The notes: generated by a model from the letters alone, not told the origin. DNA of 64,000 bases from Hypanus sabinus (GCF_030144855.1 NW_026781333.1:310001-374000), one strand, 5' to 3'. Shown: positions 12,690 to 25,769, counted from the stretch's first letter. Made by a program: numbers and translations.

Positions 12690-14290
12690 CACATTCCATG
12701 CACCCACCACTCTCTGGGTAAAAATCTTACCCCTGACATCCTCTTGGTATCTATTTCTAAGCACCATAAAACTATGCCCCTTCGTGTTAGCCATTTCAGC
12801 CCTGGGAATAAACCTCTGCCTATCCACATGATCAATGTCCCTCATCATCCTATACACGTAAAAAAGGCTCTAAACATAAACAAGGAAATTACACATAGCT
12901 TTGGGAAATTGTCAGAAGTATACAAGATTATGAGGTTATAGGGTAAATGCAAGCAGCTTTTTCCACTGAGGTTGGGTGGGATGGCAACCAGAGGTCATGG
13001 GTAAGTGGGGAAGGTGAAAATTTAATGGGAACATATGGAAAAGCTCTTTACTGAAATGGTCGTGAGAGTGCAATGACATGTCAGCACAAGTGGTGAATAC
13101 GAGCTCGGTTTCACCATTTCAAAGAGGTTTTGATGGAAGCCTGGATGGTAGGTGTATGGAGGGCGATGGTCTCGGTGCAGTTAGTTGCAATAGACAGCTT
13201 AAATGTTTTTTTGGCATTGACTAGATGGGCCAAATGGCCTGTTTCCATTTTGAATGTCTCCATTATTCTATGACAGAGAAGCTGGACAAACTTGTTTGGA
13301 AGGGAAAACTTGTTTGGGAGCAGCAATGGCTGGAATTTCTGGGAGCAATTCAGGAGCTGAGTGATCGACATATCCCAAGGAAGTGAAAGCATTGGAAACC
13401 AGGAGGACATAACCATAGTTGAATTGAGAAGCTAAAGCCAACATAAAAGCCAAAGAGAGGGCAAACAAAAGAGCAAAATCTATTGGGAAGCTAGAAACCA
13501 ACAGAAGACAATGAAAATGTTCAGATGAGCTCAGGGCATGGATGATGATTAATGAGTCTTGGTTGCACCCAAAAGTCTGAGGCATTTAAAGGAACAAAAT
13601 ATCCGGGGCTTCAATATAGCCAGAAAGCCAAGATTCCCTGCACCAGTTACGTTTCAACTGTTACATTGTTAGGCACATAAAGTCTCTACACCCTCAAAAT
13701 TTCACTTCTGAAGGCCTCCCACTTACAAAGTACTCCTTTGTCAGAAAACAGCATGTCCCAATCCACACTTGTCAGATCCTTTCTGATACCATCAAAATTG
13801 ACCTCTCTCCAATTTAGAATCTCAACCCATGGTCCAGACCTCTCTTTTTTCATCTTTATTTTGAATTTCATGGCATTATGAACACTAATTTCTGTCACCA
13901 GCCCTGGTCATTGCCTAACAGCTTATTGCACACTTCTACATCGGGAATTTTACGTACCAATTAAGGGCACAGTTGACAAACTTTACCCCATCTAGTCCTT
14001 TTACAGTATGGGAGTCCCAGTCAATATATGGAAAGTTAAAATCGCTTACAATCTCAACCTTTGTTTCTTGGCATGGTCTGTGACCGCTCTGCAAATTTGT
14101 TCCTCTAAATCCCTCAGACTGTTGGGTGCAACCAAGCCCCTATAATGGCCACAATATCATAATTCCCTGTCCTGAGCTCATCTGGCTTTCCTACAATGCT
14201 TCTTGCATTGTGCTATACACAGCTCAGCACATTCATCGCACCATGCTCAACCATTTGATTGCTGACTCTGTCTGAGGTCTGAACAATATC
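12690..14290. mobile_element. Cluster of CR1 fragments in both orientations
   Basis: 3'-UTR pieces at 12690-12860 (-) and 12900-13270 (+). ORF2 piece ILNWREVNFDGIRKDL at 13686-13898 (-). Confidence 0.7.
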
Positions 14291-14369
14291 TGACTGGTGT
14301 CAAGAAAACAAACTCTCCCTCATTATCACAAAAACAAAGGAGCTGATTGTGGAGGACAGGAGGAGTGGA

Positions 14370-17300
14370 GCCACAGATAAGGGCATCACCCTGGGACTAG
14401 TGACCAACCGACAGCTTCCCCATTTTCCGAATCCCCAGTAGTGGGCACTTAATCTGGACTCCACCGCGTTTGAACCCCTTCCGTCAGCGGCCGACCCTCA
14501 TGTGATTCTGTGCTATGACACTAGGGGGTGCTCATTGAGGAAAGCCAATATTATGCACCCCTCGAGCGAGAGAAGTTCCCAGTCATGGTGATTGGACAGG
14601 ATTAAGGAAAAGAGGGCAGCACATTACTGGCCGATTTCCGGATTTCCTTTGGTGGCAGACAGGACTGGTGGCTCCCCGTACCATCGTTAGGGTTTGCCCT
14701 GGGTTCAAGTCAAAGAGCCCAGAGTTCCTTGCCTTCACCCTGAGGAAACAAGCCTCCAGCAGCAAGGGAGACTGGCAAGACTTGGCCGTGGGCCAACTCC
14801 GATACTGGAAGGACATTGAGGTGAAGATGGGACATCTGGTAAGACTCTCTTTTAAAATTGACTGAACCCAAGACATTGCACACAATCTCTGCTCAATTTC
14901 AGGCAATGAATTTGACTGCACCAACTGCCCCCTGTCTGGATCACCGTGAAAGAAGGACAGACTCTCCCATCCCTTCCTCAAAACCCCCTCTAGCCTGAGG
15001 TAACGTTCCTTGAGGATGGAAGCTCTTTTGTGGATCCAGCAGGAAAACGATATTCTGACTATACAATAGTGACATACAGTGAAGTAATTGAGAAGGCCTC
15101 TTTTGAAGCAGCTGTCTCCGCCCAGAAGGCTGAGCTGTTTGCTCTGACTCGTGCCTGTATCCCAGCAACAGACTAAAGTGGGAACGTTCACACAGACTCC
15201 CGTTATGCATTTGGAATTGTACATGACTACGGGGCTCTCTGGGAACATGGGGATTCCTGTCTTCCTCTGGCCACCCCATTAGTAATGTCACCTTTGTAAA
15301 CAACTTACTCACCGCTCTACAGCTACCTCGAGCTTTGGCTGTTATTTAAAGAGCGGCCCACACCCACATGTTGACTGAGTCACTAAATGCAATGCTTTAG
15401 CGGATGAGACAGCGAAAAGTGTGGCACAATCCTAGTAGTTGTAGTCTCCTCGGGTTCCCATCAGGCAACCCTCTGTGTCATAAGCAGAACAGGTTTGCCA
15501 GACATGGGAGGTACATACTTTTCATGGGGACATCTCTGAGCAGCAGCGCAAATTGTGGTCCCAGATGGGGTGCTAGAAAGAACCCAACCTAGTTATTTGT
15601 ATTACTCCAGCGGGACAGGTTTGTGTTCCTACACAGTTTTTACCAATATTGGTCGATCATATACATGATTTGACACACCTGAAAGGAGGGAATGGTTGGT
15701 AACCTGTACCCTGCACACTGGGTACGAGTCCCTTGCCAGGTGTCTACAAGTTGATTTTATTGAATTGCCTAGAGTACATTGCTATAGATACTGCTTAGAT
15801 ATTATAGATGTGTTTAGTAGATGCATTGAAGCTATTCCAACTACCAATAATACTACTATGTCTGTTGTGAAGTTATTATCATGGGAAATAATTCCCAAGT
15901 ATGGCCTGCCAGAGATGCTGAGCTCTCACAATGGCCCACACTTTGTGGTGAAAGTATACGAAGGGGTACCAAACGAACTAGCTATCAAGCAACAATTCCA
16001 CGATGTACACCACCCACGGGCCGCTGGCAGAGTGGAAAGAGCCAATGGCACTCTGAAGAGTAAACTGGCCAGACTAACAGTGGAGACTGGACTCACTTGG
16101 TTGAAGGTCCTACCATTAGCCTGATTCCACATGAGGGTCACCCCACAGGGGAAAACAGGGTTGTCACCAGCTGAAATCATTTCCGGATGGCCCATGAAGA
16201 CACCCTGGGAACTAAGGCCTTGTGTACCATTGCTCCCAGAAAGTCTACCAGCAAAATTGGATATGCATATATGAAGGGAAGAGATTGGGAAATATTTATG
16301 CCAACTAACCAAAATTTTCCAAGCATTACATTCACAGGTATGACAGGCTTACAAGGAAGAGAACTACCCCACAGAGAGGAGTGACTATCCCACCATAGAA
16401 CCTGGGAATTTTGTCCTAATCAAGAACTGTGATTGAGGAAAACTCTGACCTCAGTGGACAGGACCATATCAGGTGTTACTGACCACTCCCATGGCTGTGA
16501 AACCGAAGGGGCAATCTCGATGGATACATTGAACATACTGAAAATGTGTTACAGAAGGAACTGAGGAGAAGGGCTCTCTCGGACTTAAGGAAAATGTATT
16601 CGTTGATAGTGGTCTTTGTGTTTTGCCTTATTGCCCAAACAATATCCGTGGGCCCCCATGTTAACACCTTTCTGTCTTTCTGTCACACCTATGCCATACA
16701 GGCAGAACTAGGGGCCTGCTGCGTTTGTGCTGCAATTTCACAGCATGGTAAAACTATGTTTCCAATGTCAGTAATTCCGCTCAACCAGAGTGAGGAACTC
16801 TAAGCCTGGGATTTCTCAAATAACACCCAGGGAAGTGAGGTGAGGAACTGCGGTCCAGTCAGAGATGACAGTGGCTGTCAGTGTTTTGAGGGATGGTATC
16901 TCAAGTTCCCATCGAATGGAACTTCCTACACTGGGAAACATGAATCCTGGTCTTAGTTGCAGCTGCCCAGCAGCAGAGAGGAATAACGGATTGAGTGCTT
17001 TTGGATGATCGCTTTTCTCGCCTATGGAGTAGCCAGGAATTCACGAGAGACAATCAATTTACCTACAGCACTTGAGGAGCTGGCCACAACACTGCAGGGA
17101 CCCTGACAGAAACACAGGCCCAAGTAACAGAAATATCCACCGAAATGATTGCAATCTGGCAAACAGTCCTACAAAATTGTAGACTTTATCCCAGCTGAGA
17201 AAGGGGGCACCTGTGCTATTATTGACACAGAATGCTGCACCTATATCCCTGATGAATCTACTAACATTACATCCCTCTCCAAGCACACTGCCAAGGTGAT

Positions 17301-18025
17301 TGATAGCTACTAGATAGAAAGCAGGGCATGATTTACATCGGTTCACTGAAGGATCGAAGCGGTGGTCTTTGAAGGTATGTTCAGTAATCAATGTAACAGG
17401 ATATTGCATTATGACCTAATAGTTGTCCATATCATTGTTATAAATACTGTTGTACACTGTTTTTTTCCCACTGATAAGTCAATGTTGTACTCATTTGCTT
17501 TCCCTGCAAAAAAATACTGCTTTGTTGATCATGTAATGATCAAAAGGAGGGAATGATAAAATGCATAAAAGGGTTAACACTTTGTTAAAAAATAGCAGCC
17601 TGTTTTTCTGAAAGAAACTGCTGATAATCAACAGATGTGCTAAGCCATGCTGAGCCATATTTCTTCTTGAGGGTAGCTAGCTAGGGTTTCAGGATGCTTA
17701 TCTCCTTGCACATTCACATCTAGAGATAGTACAGCTTCAGTCTGTTCTGTGTGTGTGTAAGCCATTATGCCTGTTTTGTACTCTGTCTTTAGGGGCTCCA
17801 GCTTGTCATGTAGTAAATAACTTTGGCTCCAACATGTCTTGTGTTGGGGTATCTGGACGGATATATCAGTGGTGTAAGGGGAATTGTTAGTCAGTTAGTG
17901 GATTGGGCGGGAACAGTCATTAACTGTTTCTGTTTGAGCGACTAACTGAGTAAGCCCGATGCTTGGAATAAAGAGTTTGTACTTATACAGTCTCTCAGTG
18001 ACTTTATCCAGATTCGACTTCCACA
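14370..18025 (+). mobile_element. Degraded class I (gamma/epsilon-like) endogenous retrovirus: pol remnant, env, 3' LTR
   Basis: RNase H (DGSSF, SAQKAEL, TDSRYAFG ~15010-15230). Integrase (LQVDFIELP, DVFSR, VERANGTLK, 15696-16124). Env signal peptide and CxxC at 16590-16730. TM CX6CC (CAIIDTECC) at 17212-17238. PPT 17542-17553. LTR from TG at 17554 with AATAAA 17967, ending CA at ~18025. Confidence 0.85.
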
Positions 18026-18202
18026 TAATGGGAGTGGTTTCAAAGGGCTGCTGGATGCACATTACCAGACCTGGAGTGATTGCAACTGGGTCTGACGGAG
18101 GCATAACTGGTACTTCTGGGCATGTTCAGTCTCACTCCAGCTATTTGCTACCTTCCACTGTACAGGTATGAAATGTCTAAAGAACAGGAAGTAAGACTCA
18201 CC

Positions 18203-18365
18203 AAAATTTCTCCTGACTGAATCACTGGAATCTCCGAGTCAGTTGGGTTCTCTCTGATTGATGCTCCCAGTCCTCGGGTTGGTTCACTTGTTGCTGCTCC
18301 CTCGTCATCAGTCGTGGTTTTCCTCCAGTTGGGGTTTTTCTTCCAATAAATCTCTCACTGCAGGT
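18203..18365 (-). other. Putative internal (probably non-coding) exon of ZNF-1
   Basis: Donor GGTGAGT at ~18196-18202 and candidate acceptors at ~18358-18367. Unique sequence between the promoter and the finger exon. Confidence 0.3.
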
Positions 18366-19320
18366 CTAACTTTAAATTGAAAGATAATGAAGCATATTAA
18401 CAATAACAAAGAGAACCAAACATTTCCGATTCATGTTATTAAGAACAAAACTCACTGAAATTTAAATATTGAAGGCAAATATACAGTAATGATCTCAGTG
18501 AGCAATCTTTTATTGTCCCACAAACGTCACAAAACGATATGGAATCGGAAGGAGCCATCATTCAGTCATGGTCAGGCAGAAGGAACAGATTCAGATGATT
18601 CAATCCTTCTGATCTGCCCCATCATTCAACTATGGTTGATTTTTATTCCAACACCATATTCTTGCCTTCCTCCTGTAACCCTGTAGCTACTTAACAATCT
18701 TTAATGTATTAATCTCCCTCATAAATATACCCAAACGGCAGCCTCTACCAAACTTCACAAATTCCACACTTCAGACACCTTTTGGCCAAAAGATTTTTCT
18801 CAGCTGAATTTTAACAGGAAGCATTTTTATTCTGTGACGGTGCTGTCAGATCACAGACTCTCTGTCTAATGGAAACATCCTCTCCATGTACACTGTATCC
18901 AGGCTTTTTAGCATTCGGTATGTTTACTTAACCATACATCCCTCCACCACCCCCACCGTCCCTCTGAACTCCATCGAGCACAGGTCCGGAACCATCAAAT
19001 GCTCCTCATACATGAAGCCGATCGTTCCTGATATTATTCATGTCAACCTTGTTATCAACACTCCACTTGATCCTCCGTCACAAAGCGGAGGGCGGGGCGG
19101 ATCTGCGGCACGCAGCCTCACGTGACCTGTTGGTTGGTCTCCCATTTCAATTCTGCGGAAACAGACAGCCTGGGCTCCTGGTTTGAATCGTTCAATGCAG
19201 ATTAAGTGAAGTCGGCACATTTTTGCCGAGCCCATATAACTGGAAAATAAATGAGTAACTGGCCCTCAGTTCGGGGCTGACGGCCAACATCGGACCTCCC
19301 TGCTCGGGATCGGTCTCAAT

Positions 19321-19600
19321 ACTCACCAATAGGAAAGTGATATCTTCAGCCCGGAGACAGTAATCCAGAGCCCCGGCTCCCCGATATACGAGACGAGAAG
19401 CCTTTCTCGATCCCGCAGACTTCAGCACCGAGCGTTAAGGAATACACCGCACACCCGGAGACAGTGAGCATGCGCGAAGTGTGTACGTCATCAGGAGGGC
19501 GGGGCCACAGAAAAGGCAGCGCGATGTTGCCCACCTACGGTTTAATTGGGGGGGAGGGGGTAAACTGCATCACGTGACCGGTTTTGGTCTCCCACCCCAG
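19321..19600 (-). promoter_or_regulatory. Probable promoter/exon 1 of ZNF-1
   Basis: Donor GGTGAGT (ACTCACC 19321-19327), NRF1-like 19468-19475, CRE-like 19485-19493, GC box 19497-19504, E-box 19571-19576. Confidence 0.6.
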
Positions 19601-20093
19601 AGAGATCCAGTTACCCGCTACTCTGTGGAAAGAAGCAAACTTGCTGCTCACATCTACGCTCACCTTAAATGTGTTAGACATTTCAACCCCCAGGAAAAAT
19701 CTATCATCTGTCCACTCTGTCTATTCCTCTCGTAATCTTATAAACGTCCATCAAGTCTCACCCCAGCCTGCGCCGCTCTGGAGAAAACAACACAAGTTTG
19801 TCCAACCAGGTCGGGCTGCATCCGTCGAAACGAGCCGTCAACGTTTCGGGCCGAGACCCTTCGTCAGTGCTGAGTTCTTCCAGCGTGTGTGTACGTGTTG
19901 ATTTGACCACAGCATCAGCAGTGTACTTTGTGTTCGTCCAATCTCTCGTTATAGCTCATGCCCTCTAATCCAGGCAGTGTCCTGGTAAAACTCTTCCCCG
20001 TCCTCTCCAAAGCCCCGACATCCTTCCGAGAATGGGGGCGACCAGAACTATATGAAACACTCCAGATGTGGTCTAACTAGTTTTATAAAGCTG

Positions 20094-20849
20094 TGTTACG
20101 AACTGTGACGTTTTAGAAACGAACCAGCAGCAATAGATTTCACACTGGAGTCTGGTTTTGATGGTTAAAACACTCTGTTTATTAGTATTTACTTATAACA
20201 TAGTAACTTAACGAAAGTTAACAGTGTTCAGTGGATATATGTGTAAATATAATTCCCCAGACTATTGATCTTGAGGAAACAAAGCTTAGAGTCTTGAGAT
20301 GGTAAAGAAGGAAAGTTCAGTAATCCACGGAATAAATGATGGGAGAGAGATATTTGTGATCCGGAGTGAAATGTGGAGAAAAGGCCCTTACTTCAAAATA
20401 ACCGTCGACGAAGTTCTTATCCGTTGAATCCGTCCACATACGAGTTATCAGCGAAAGTGACCTGTCAGAGGAATACCGTCTTCCAGGGGTTACCACACAA
20501 CATACCCAGGCAAGGGTTAATACAAGATATTCCACAATCCACTCCTATGGATTATACGAAGTGACAGCCACACACATTCGTTGTGGTTCCGTGAACCGAT
20601 GATCAACCCACTCTTGTGGACATAGGAGAGTTCAAAGCCTCAGCTGCAACTAACTGAAGCGATCAGCTTTTCCAGTCTCTCTCTTTCTTTGGACTGGCCG
20701 ACTGCCTGTCTGCAGATCGCTCTCTCTCTCTCTTATGGTTCAGTCCACAGTCAGCGCAGTCAGCCTGTGACTGACGTCATAGTCCCGCCTCCTCACGCCG
20801 GCCGGCGCTCTTAAAGAAACAGTCACAGTTCGACCGCAGGCTCGTAACA
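20094..20849 (-). mobile_element. Solo LTR (Gypsy/Gmr1-related)
   Basis: TGTTACG...CGTAACA termini. TSD GCTG/GCCG, with the empty site GCTG at 2065-2068. Internal similarity to the LTRs at 31722 and 48546. Confidence 0.85.
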
Positions 20850-21919
20850 GCCGCAACACAACTTCCCGACTTTTGAACTCAGTGCTTCAACTAATAAAGA
20901 CAATCATGTCATTTGCCTTCTTATCCACCCGATCAATCTGTGCAGTCTCTTTCAGGGAGCGATGAACTTCGAGTCTAAGATCCCTCTGATCATCGACACT
21001 GTTCAGGGTTTTGCATTTAACAGTGTACTGTCTCATACATTCGACCTATCGAGCTGCCAAGATGATCATCACTAATCAAATCTCACTGAGATTTCTCAGG
21101 TCCTGTTGAAAATATTGCCAAGTGCACAAGTATGGGAAGGTAGAGGTACAGAGAAACACTGACTTGTGGCAGCATCACAGGCAAGTACTTTCAGATAACA
21201 CACGGAACACAAATGATATGATTCTCTGTCAGTAACAATCTATAAATATGTTTTATGTCATCAACAATATATAAAATACATTGCGTCATGATCACTATTA
21301 AAATGTGCATTTTGTGTCAATAACAGACTTGGAAATGTTGAATTTGGTCCCTGTCTCCATTCCTCCTGTAATCCACAACCAGCTCCTGTGTTTTTGTCAC
21401 AATGAGGGAGAGGTTGTTTTCTTGACACCACCGTGTCGGGATGATGACTTCTTCTCTGTCGGCTGCCTCGGTATTGTTTGCGATTCGGTCGATCAATGTA
21501 CTGTGGTCAGCAAATCTAATTAGCAGATTGGAACCCGCCACTGCAGCCCCACAGTGCACTATGTACTGATTGCAAAGCTACGAAATTGCATGTGAATAGC
21601 CTCCCCTCCCCCCACTCCACTCTTTCTGCGTCACCAGCAGACTGGGACATCGCACATCTCGCTGCCTCCGCCAGGACATTAAACTGTGAACAACTGTGGT
21701 CAGGGACTGATCTCTGGGGAACTCCAAACGCTACCTCCTTCCAGTCTGAAAACGACCCACTCATCCAGCCACACACTACCGGCAGTTTATCGATCTCCAA
21801 CGAAAAAGCCTAATCACCTACTCCCGATGTTCAATACCATTGCTGACTCTGAGTTTACCACCGTCAAATGCCGGGAGGGACATAATAATCAGAAAGTCTC
21901 TACTCACAGCCGTGTAAAT

Positions 21920-22930
21920 AAAATGTGATCTCAGTGGGTGTGTGGCGCATGCTCAGAATGCGAAGGAGACAGACAAACTGAGCCAAGTCACAGACTGATG
22001 AAGGGGAGGAATGATCCATTTTGATACAGAGAGAGAAGCAGAGAGTTTGATATTGTACCTGATGCCGGAACTGTGGCCAGTTAAAAGACGAAATCTTGTT
22101 GCTCTAAATTGTTTTGAGATGTGACAGTGTTTTAATCAGAAGACACCATGGAGACTAAAATTATTTCAGTTGAAATGTTGTCCTTCACCCTCTGATGTGC
22201 TTTGTGAGCTTTTAACAGTGTAGAAAAGGCAAAGGATTTGTCTATGGGAATCACAAACACAACAACACGTTAGTTCTGCTGTATCTGTCAGTTCACCAGC
22301 GCTTGAAAGCCGCCGATTCTTGAATGTGGAGGCGGAGATGCTGGAGAAGACAGCGCCCCACTCGCGACAAGGAGAGCCCGAACACGTGTCCATGTCCGTG
22401 ATCTGATTGGATACATCGCCATGACGTTATAGCAGTGTGACGTCATTCACTGGCTCTCATTTTGGAAGGGATTCAGTGGGACATCGCAGATACACAAACA
22501 GCTTCGCTCTGGGAAGCGGCCGTTCACCTGCTCCGTGTGTGTGAAGAGACTCATTCAGTTAACCCACCTTGTGATGCTCCGGTGAGTTCACAATAAATAG
22601 AGACCACATTTCTGTCCGGAGTGAGCCAAGAGTTTTACTCAATCATCCCAGCTGCTGCAACAGCAGCAACTTCACATCAGGGAGGAAGTTCAAATCAGCT
22701 CCGTGTTAAATGTTTAACCATCACGGTGACTGAAGGCAGCTGCAGGTTCATGAGGGACGGTTACTGTCAGATTCTGCAGTTCTTGCGGCTGCTCATCGCA
22801 CCCAGGACTGAACCCTGGTCACTGAGCATTGGAAGAGTCTGTTCTGCTGATGTTAGCCTTAAACTAGACTGGTGTTTAATATTGTGGATCTGTGAATGAT
22901 AAATCAGTTTGTATCAAATCCCGTGTCTCG
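21920..22930 (+). pseudogene. Collapsed ZNF remnant: intron-end homolog, leader, 1-2 decayed fingers, family 3' UTR
   Basis: [21 protein letters not shown] at 22511-22573. Upstream similar to 12360-12690 (-). Downstream similar to the ZNF-1 3' UTR at 9690-9840 (-). Confidence 0.7.
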
Positions 22931-23300
22931 CTTGTGAGGCCACTCGGCCCAGCTGGTCCCTACCTATGTTTCTGTTCCATATCAGTATGTGAAAAATCTA
23001 CCCCTGCTGTTCTCCTCTCACCCTCCCTGAGATGACAGGTTGCAACTAGTCACCACTCAGTGGGATAGGAGATTTCCCTTGAATTTCATAGAATCACAGA
23101 AATCTACAACATTTTACCGATGCTTTGGCCCACAATGTTGTACCGACCATTTAACTTGCTCATGAAATTGGTTAGAATTACCCTACCACATAGCCATCTA
23201 TTTTCCTAACGGAGTCTGGTTTCGATGTTAAAACAATTATCTTTATTATTATAGTGACGGGGTCCTGAATTACCCATATGAACTGTGTTTTTGAAAAGAG

Positions 23301-23521
23301 NNNNNNNNNNNNNNNNNNNNNNNNNNNNNNNNNNNNNNNNNNNNNNNNNNNNNNNNNNNNNNNNNNNNNNNNNNNNNNNNNNNNNNNNNNNNNNNNNNNN
23401 NNNNNNNNNNNNNNNNNNNNNNNNNNNNNNNNNNNNNNNNNNNNNNNNNNNNNNNNNNNNNNNNNNNNNNNNNNNNNNNNNNNNNNNNNNNNNNNNNNNN
23501 NNNNNNNNNNNNNNNNNNNNN
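23301..23521. other. Assembly gap (221 N)
   Basis: Run of N flanked by GAG/GAGA, probably a GA microsatellite. Confidence 0.99.
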
Positions 23522-24080
23522 GAGACGGTGTTATGGTTTCTCTGCAAGCTTGTTTACACTTTTACAAGGACACTGTCAGCTTCTGTGTTCTTACAGAGAG
23601 AGAAGGGAGGAACTGTTTGATGGACAGCTGGGGCTCAGCACGGTGAGATAAGTAGGAGGTCCGCTGACAGACCTCCAGACACATGGTTTTGGACACTGAA
23701 TCAGCTTTGTTGTGTCCACAGAAAAAGGTGGGTTTTGGAAGATCGATCCGGAGCATCGATCAGTGGCTCTCGCAGTGTGAAAAGGCTGTGACCGGTGGGG
23801 AGTTATTCGTGTGTCCATCCCTCGCCTGGGTTAATAACTCCACCACTGAAGAACGGTCCCGTTTGTAGTGTCACAGTCGGTGACTTCCAAAGCATTCCAA
23901 AGGACGGACTATCGACGGCGTCAGCTCACCTGAAGACACAAACCTCTCCTTCTCTCTCTCTCTCCATCACTACTCGACTCAATCCCACGAACTGAACCGA
24001 ACTTAAAAAGAACTTCACTCATCACCGGAAGACGGTATCCATTCACCCCCGAGGCGTGAAGAAGCTTGGCTTTCCTATTT

Positions 24081-24081
<1 letters not shown>

Positions 24082-24114
<33 letters not shown>
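24082..24114. repeat. (CA)n microsatellite
   Basis: Direct reading. Confidence 0.95.
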
Positions 24115-24118
<4 letters not shown>

Positions 24119-25139
24119 ATTGCTAACCTGTTTGATATATCTGCATCTGCATTTATATTGCTGTATAGCGTAGTTACTAAGAAAGGGAATGTAGAGAGAA
24201 GGCAATTACGAAGAATTCCACACACATTCCACGCTGGGTAAACGAAATAACAGTCGCCAAAGATCTTATCCGTCGATTAGCTCCGAAATCCACTTAAAAA
24301 ATTACCACAGAACACCCCGATTCCAGGTAAGGGCCAACAAAAGTGATACCACAGGATACTCCAGCAAATCCACACAGATGGATGATACGAACTGACAGTT
24401 ACACATCCGTTGTGCACTGTCGTGCCGATGATCAGATCAACCCAACCTTTTGGGCATGGAAGAGTTGCAGTCTATAGCAGTCACACGCTGAAGTTCCAAC
24501 AGCTTGTCTCCCTCTCCCTCCTCCCTCTCCCGCTCCCCGCTGCCGCAGTTTGTGTCTGACGTCACAGCCCCGCCTCACTCAGGCACTTAAAGCGACACTC
24601 ACAGTAAGCGAACCTGCGGTCTCGTAACACAATACACCTCTAAAGTCTGACAGCAGACTAGCGAGTGAATCTTCGATGGTGCAGAGTCAGAAACCGAAGA
24701 TTTGCCAGCCTGAGTCAGGGGCTCCAGAGAGAGATGGTGTCCAGAGGAGGAGGACGAATAAGACCAGCACGATGTGGTTAAAAGTGAAAGATTAGAAGCA
24801 TTTGGATACTGGTTGATCGAAAAAAAAGGTGGTTAATTTCTGCAAAACACAGGTGGAAATCAACAGATAAGGCGGAAATTTTGGAGAGGAATACATAGAA
24901 AATGTTTTTCTCAGTATTTCCAGCAACTGCAGAATCTCCTGTGTTTTATATCTGTATTTTACTTTGGCATTAGATACACGTTGATATTGAGTATATTGCT
25001 TATGGGAGCTGCTTTCTGCGCTAAAACAGCTGCAGATTTTTTCTATACCCAAGATAAAAAAAATGAGGTATGGACATTGAACGGGTGCTTGCTGAAATGT
25101 GTAATGGCACCGTGATTACCCATAGGGCAATTCGTTAAG

Positions 25140-25260
25140 AATTTCGCCGGCGCTGAAGCGCCGATGAAATGCGCAGGCGTCAGGCTGAGGACGTCCCTGA
25201 GTTTCACGCATGCGCGCAGTGCACAGAAGGCTTTGAAAATGTCGGTTGCAGGTAAGAGCG
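25140..25260 (+). promoter_or_regulatory. Probable promoter/exon 1 of ZNF-2
   Basis: NRF1-like motifs at 25170-25179 and 25207-25216. YY1-like AAAATGTCGG at 25236-25245. Donor CAG|GTAAG at 25252. Confidence 0.6.
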
Positions 25261-25584
25261 ATTAACCGTAGTTTATATCTTAAAAACCGACTTCAGGATA
25301 ATTCCTCTGAATTTCGGACACCGTGGGCAGCAATCCCGGGTCAGTCCTGCTCTCTTCCCTCTCTCTCAGCTCCACGATCCGTACACGGGCCCCGGGGAGC
25401 TTCCGGTTGATGAGGGAATGGGAACCGAAGGATCTCTCAGACAGAGCAGAGCTCCAGCTATCTAAATGCAAGGAATAGGAACTCGGAGAAAGGGAACAAA
25501 ATCTTTTACATCAGCAGTTGAGAAAATCACCTTTGTTCTACCTCCAATCACTAACAAGAGAAAATCTGCAGATGCTGGAAATCC

Positions 25585-25686
25585 AAGCAACACACACAAA
25601 ATGCCGGAGGAACTCAGCATTAGTACTCTTTTCCGTAGATGCTGCCCGGCCTGCTGAGTTCCTCCAGCATTTTGTGTGTGTTGCTT
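25585..25686. repeat. 35-bp inverted repeat formed by head-to-head PLE ends
   Basis: Arms 25585-25619 and 25652-25686 with one mismatch and a 32-nt loop. Confidence 0.9.
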
Positions 25687-25769
25687 CCTCTACCTCTTCT
25701 TGCTCTGGACTTTTCTACCGGTGAGAACATGTTTTGTCCCATTCTCTCTGGGTTCGTAATGATATCAAA

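Larger units (their letters stand above)
23206..24629 (-). mobile_element. Truncated solo LTR (paralog of 59619-60363) with a nested LTR-like insert at ~23253-24180
   Basis: Ends CGTAACA at 24629 followed by CAAT. 23206-23245 and 24185-24629 align to the 59.6-60.4 kb LTR. Confidence 0.7.

Noticed and set aside
22621-22899. 92-93 aa ORF conserved in three copies as a novel protein
   Set aside because: GTG start, derived from a decayed finger and 3' UTR. Conservation is at nucleotide level and the observed changes are largely non-synonymous.
23206-23646. ORFs spanning the N run
   Set aside because: Gap artefacts.
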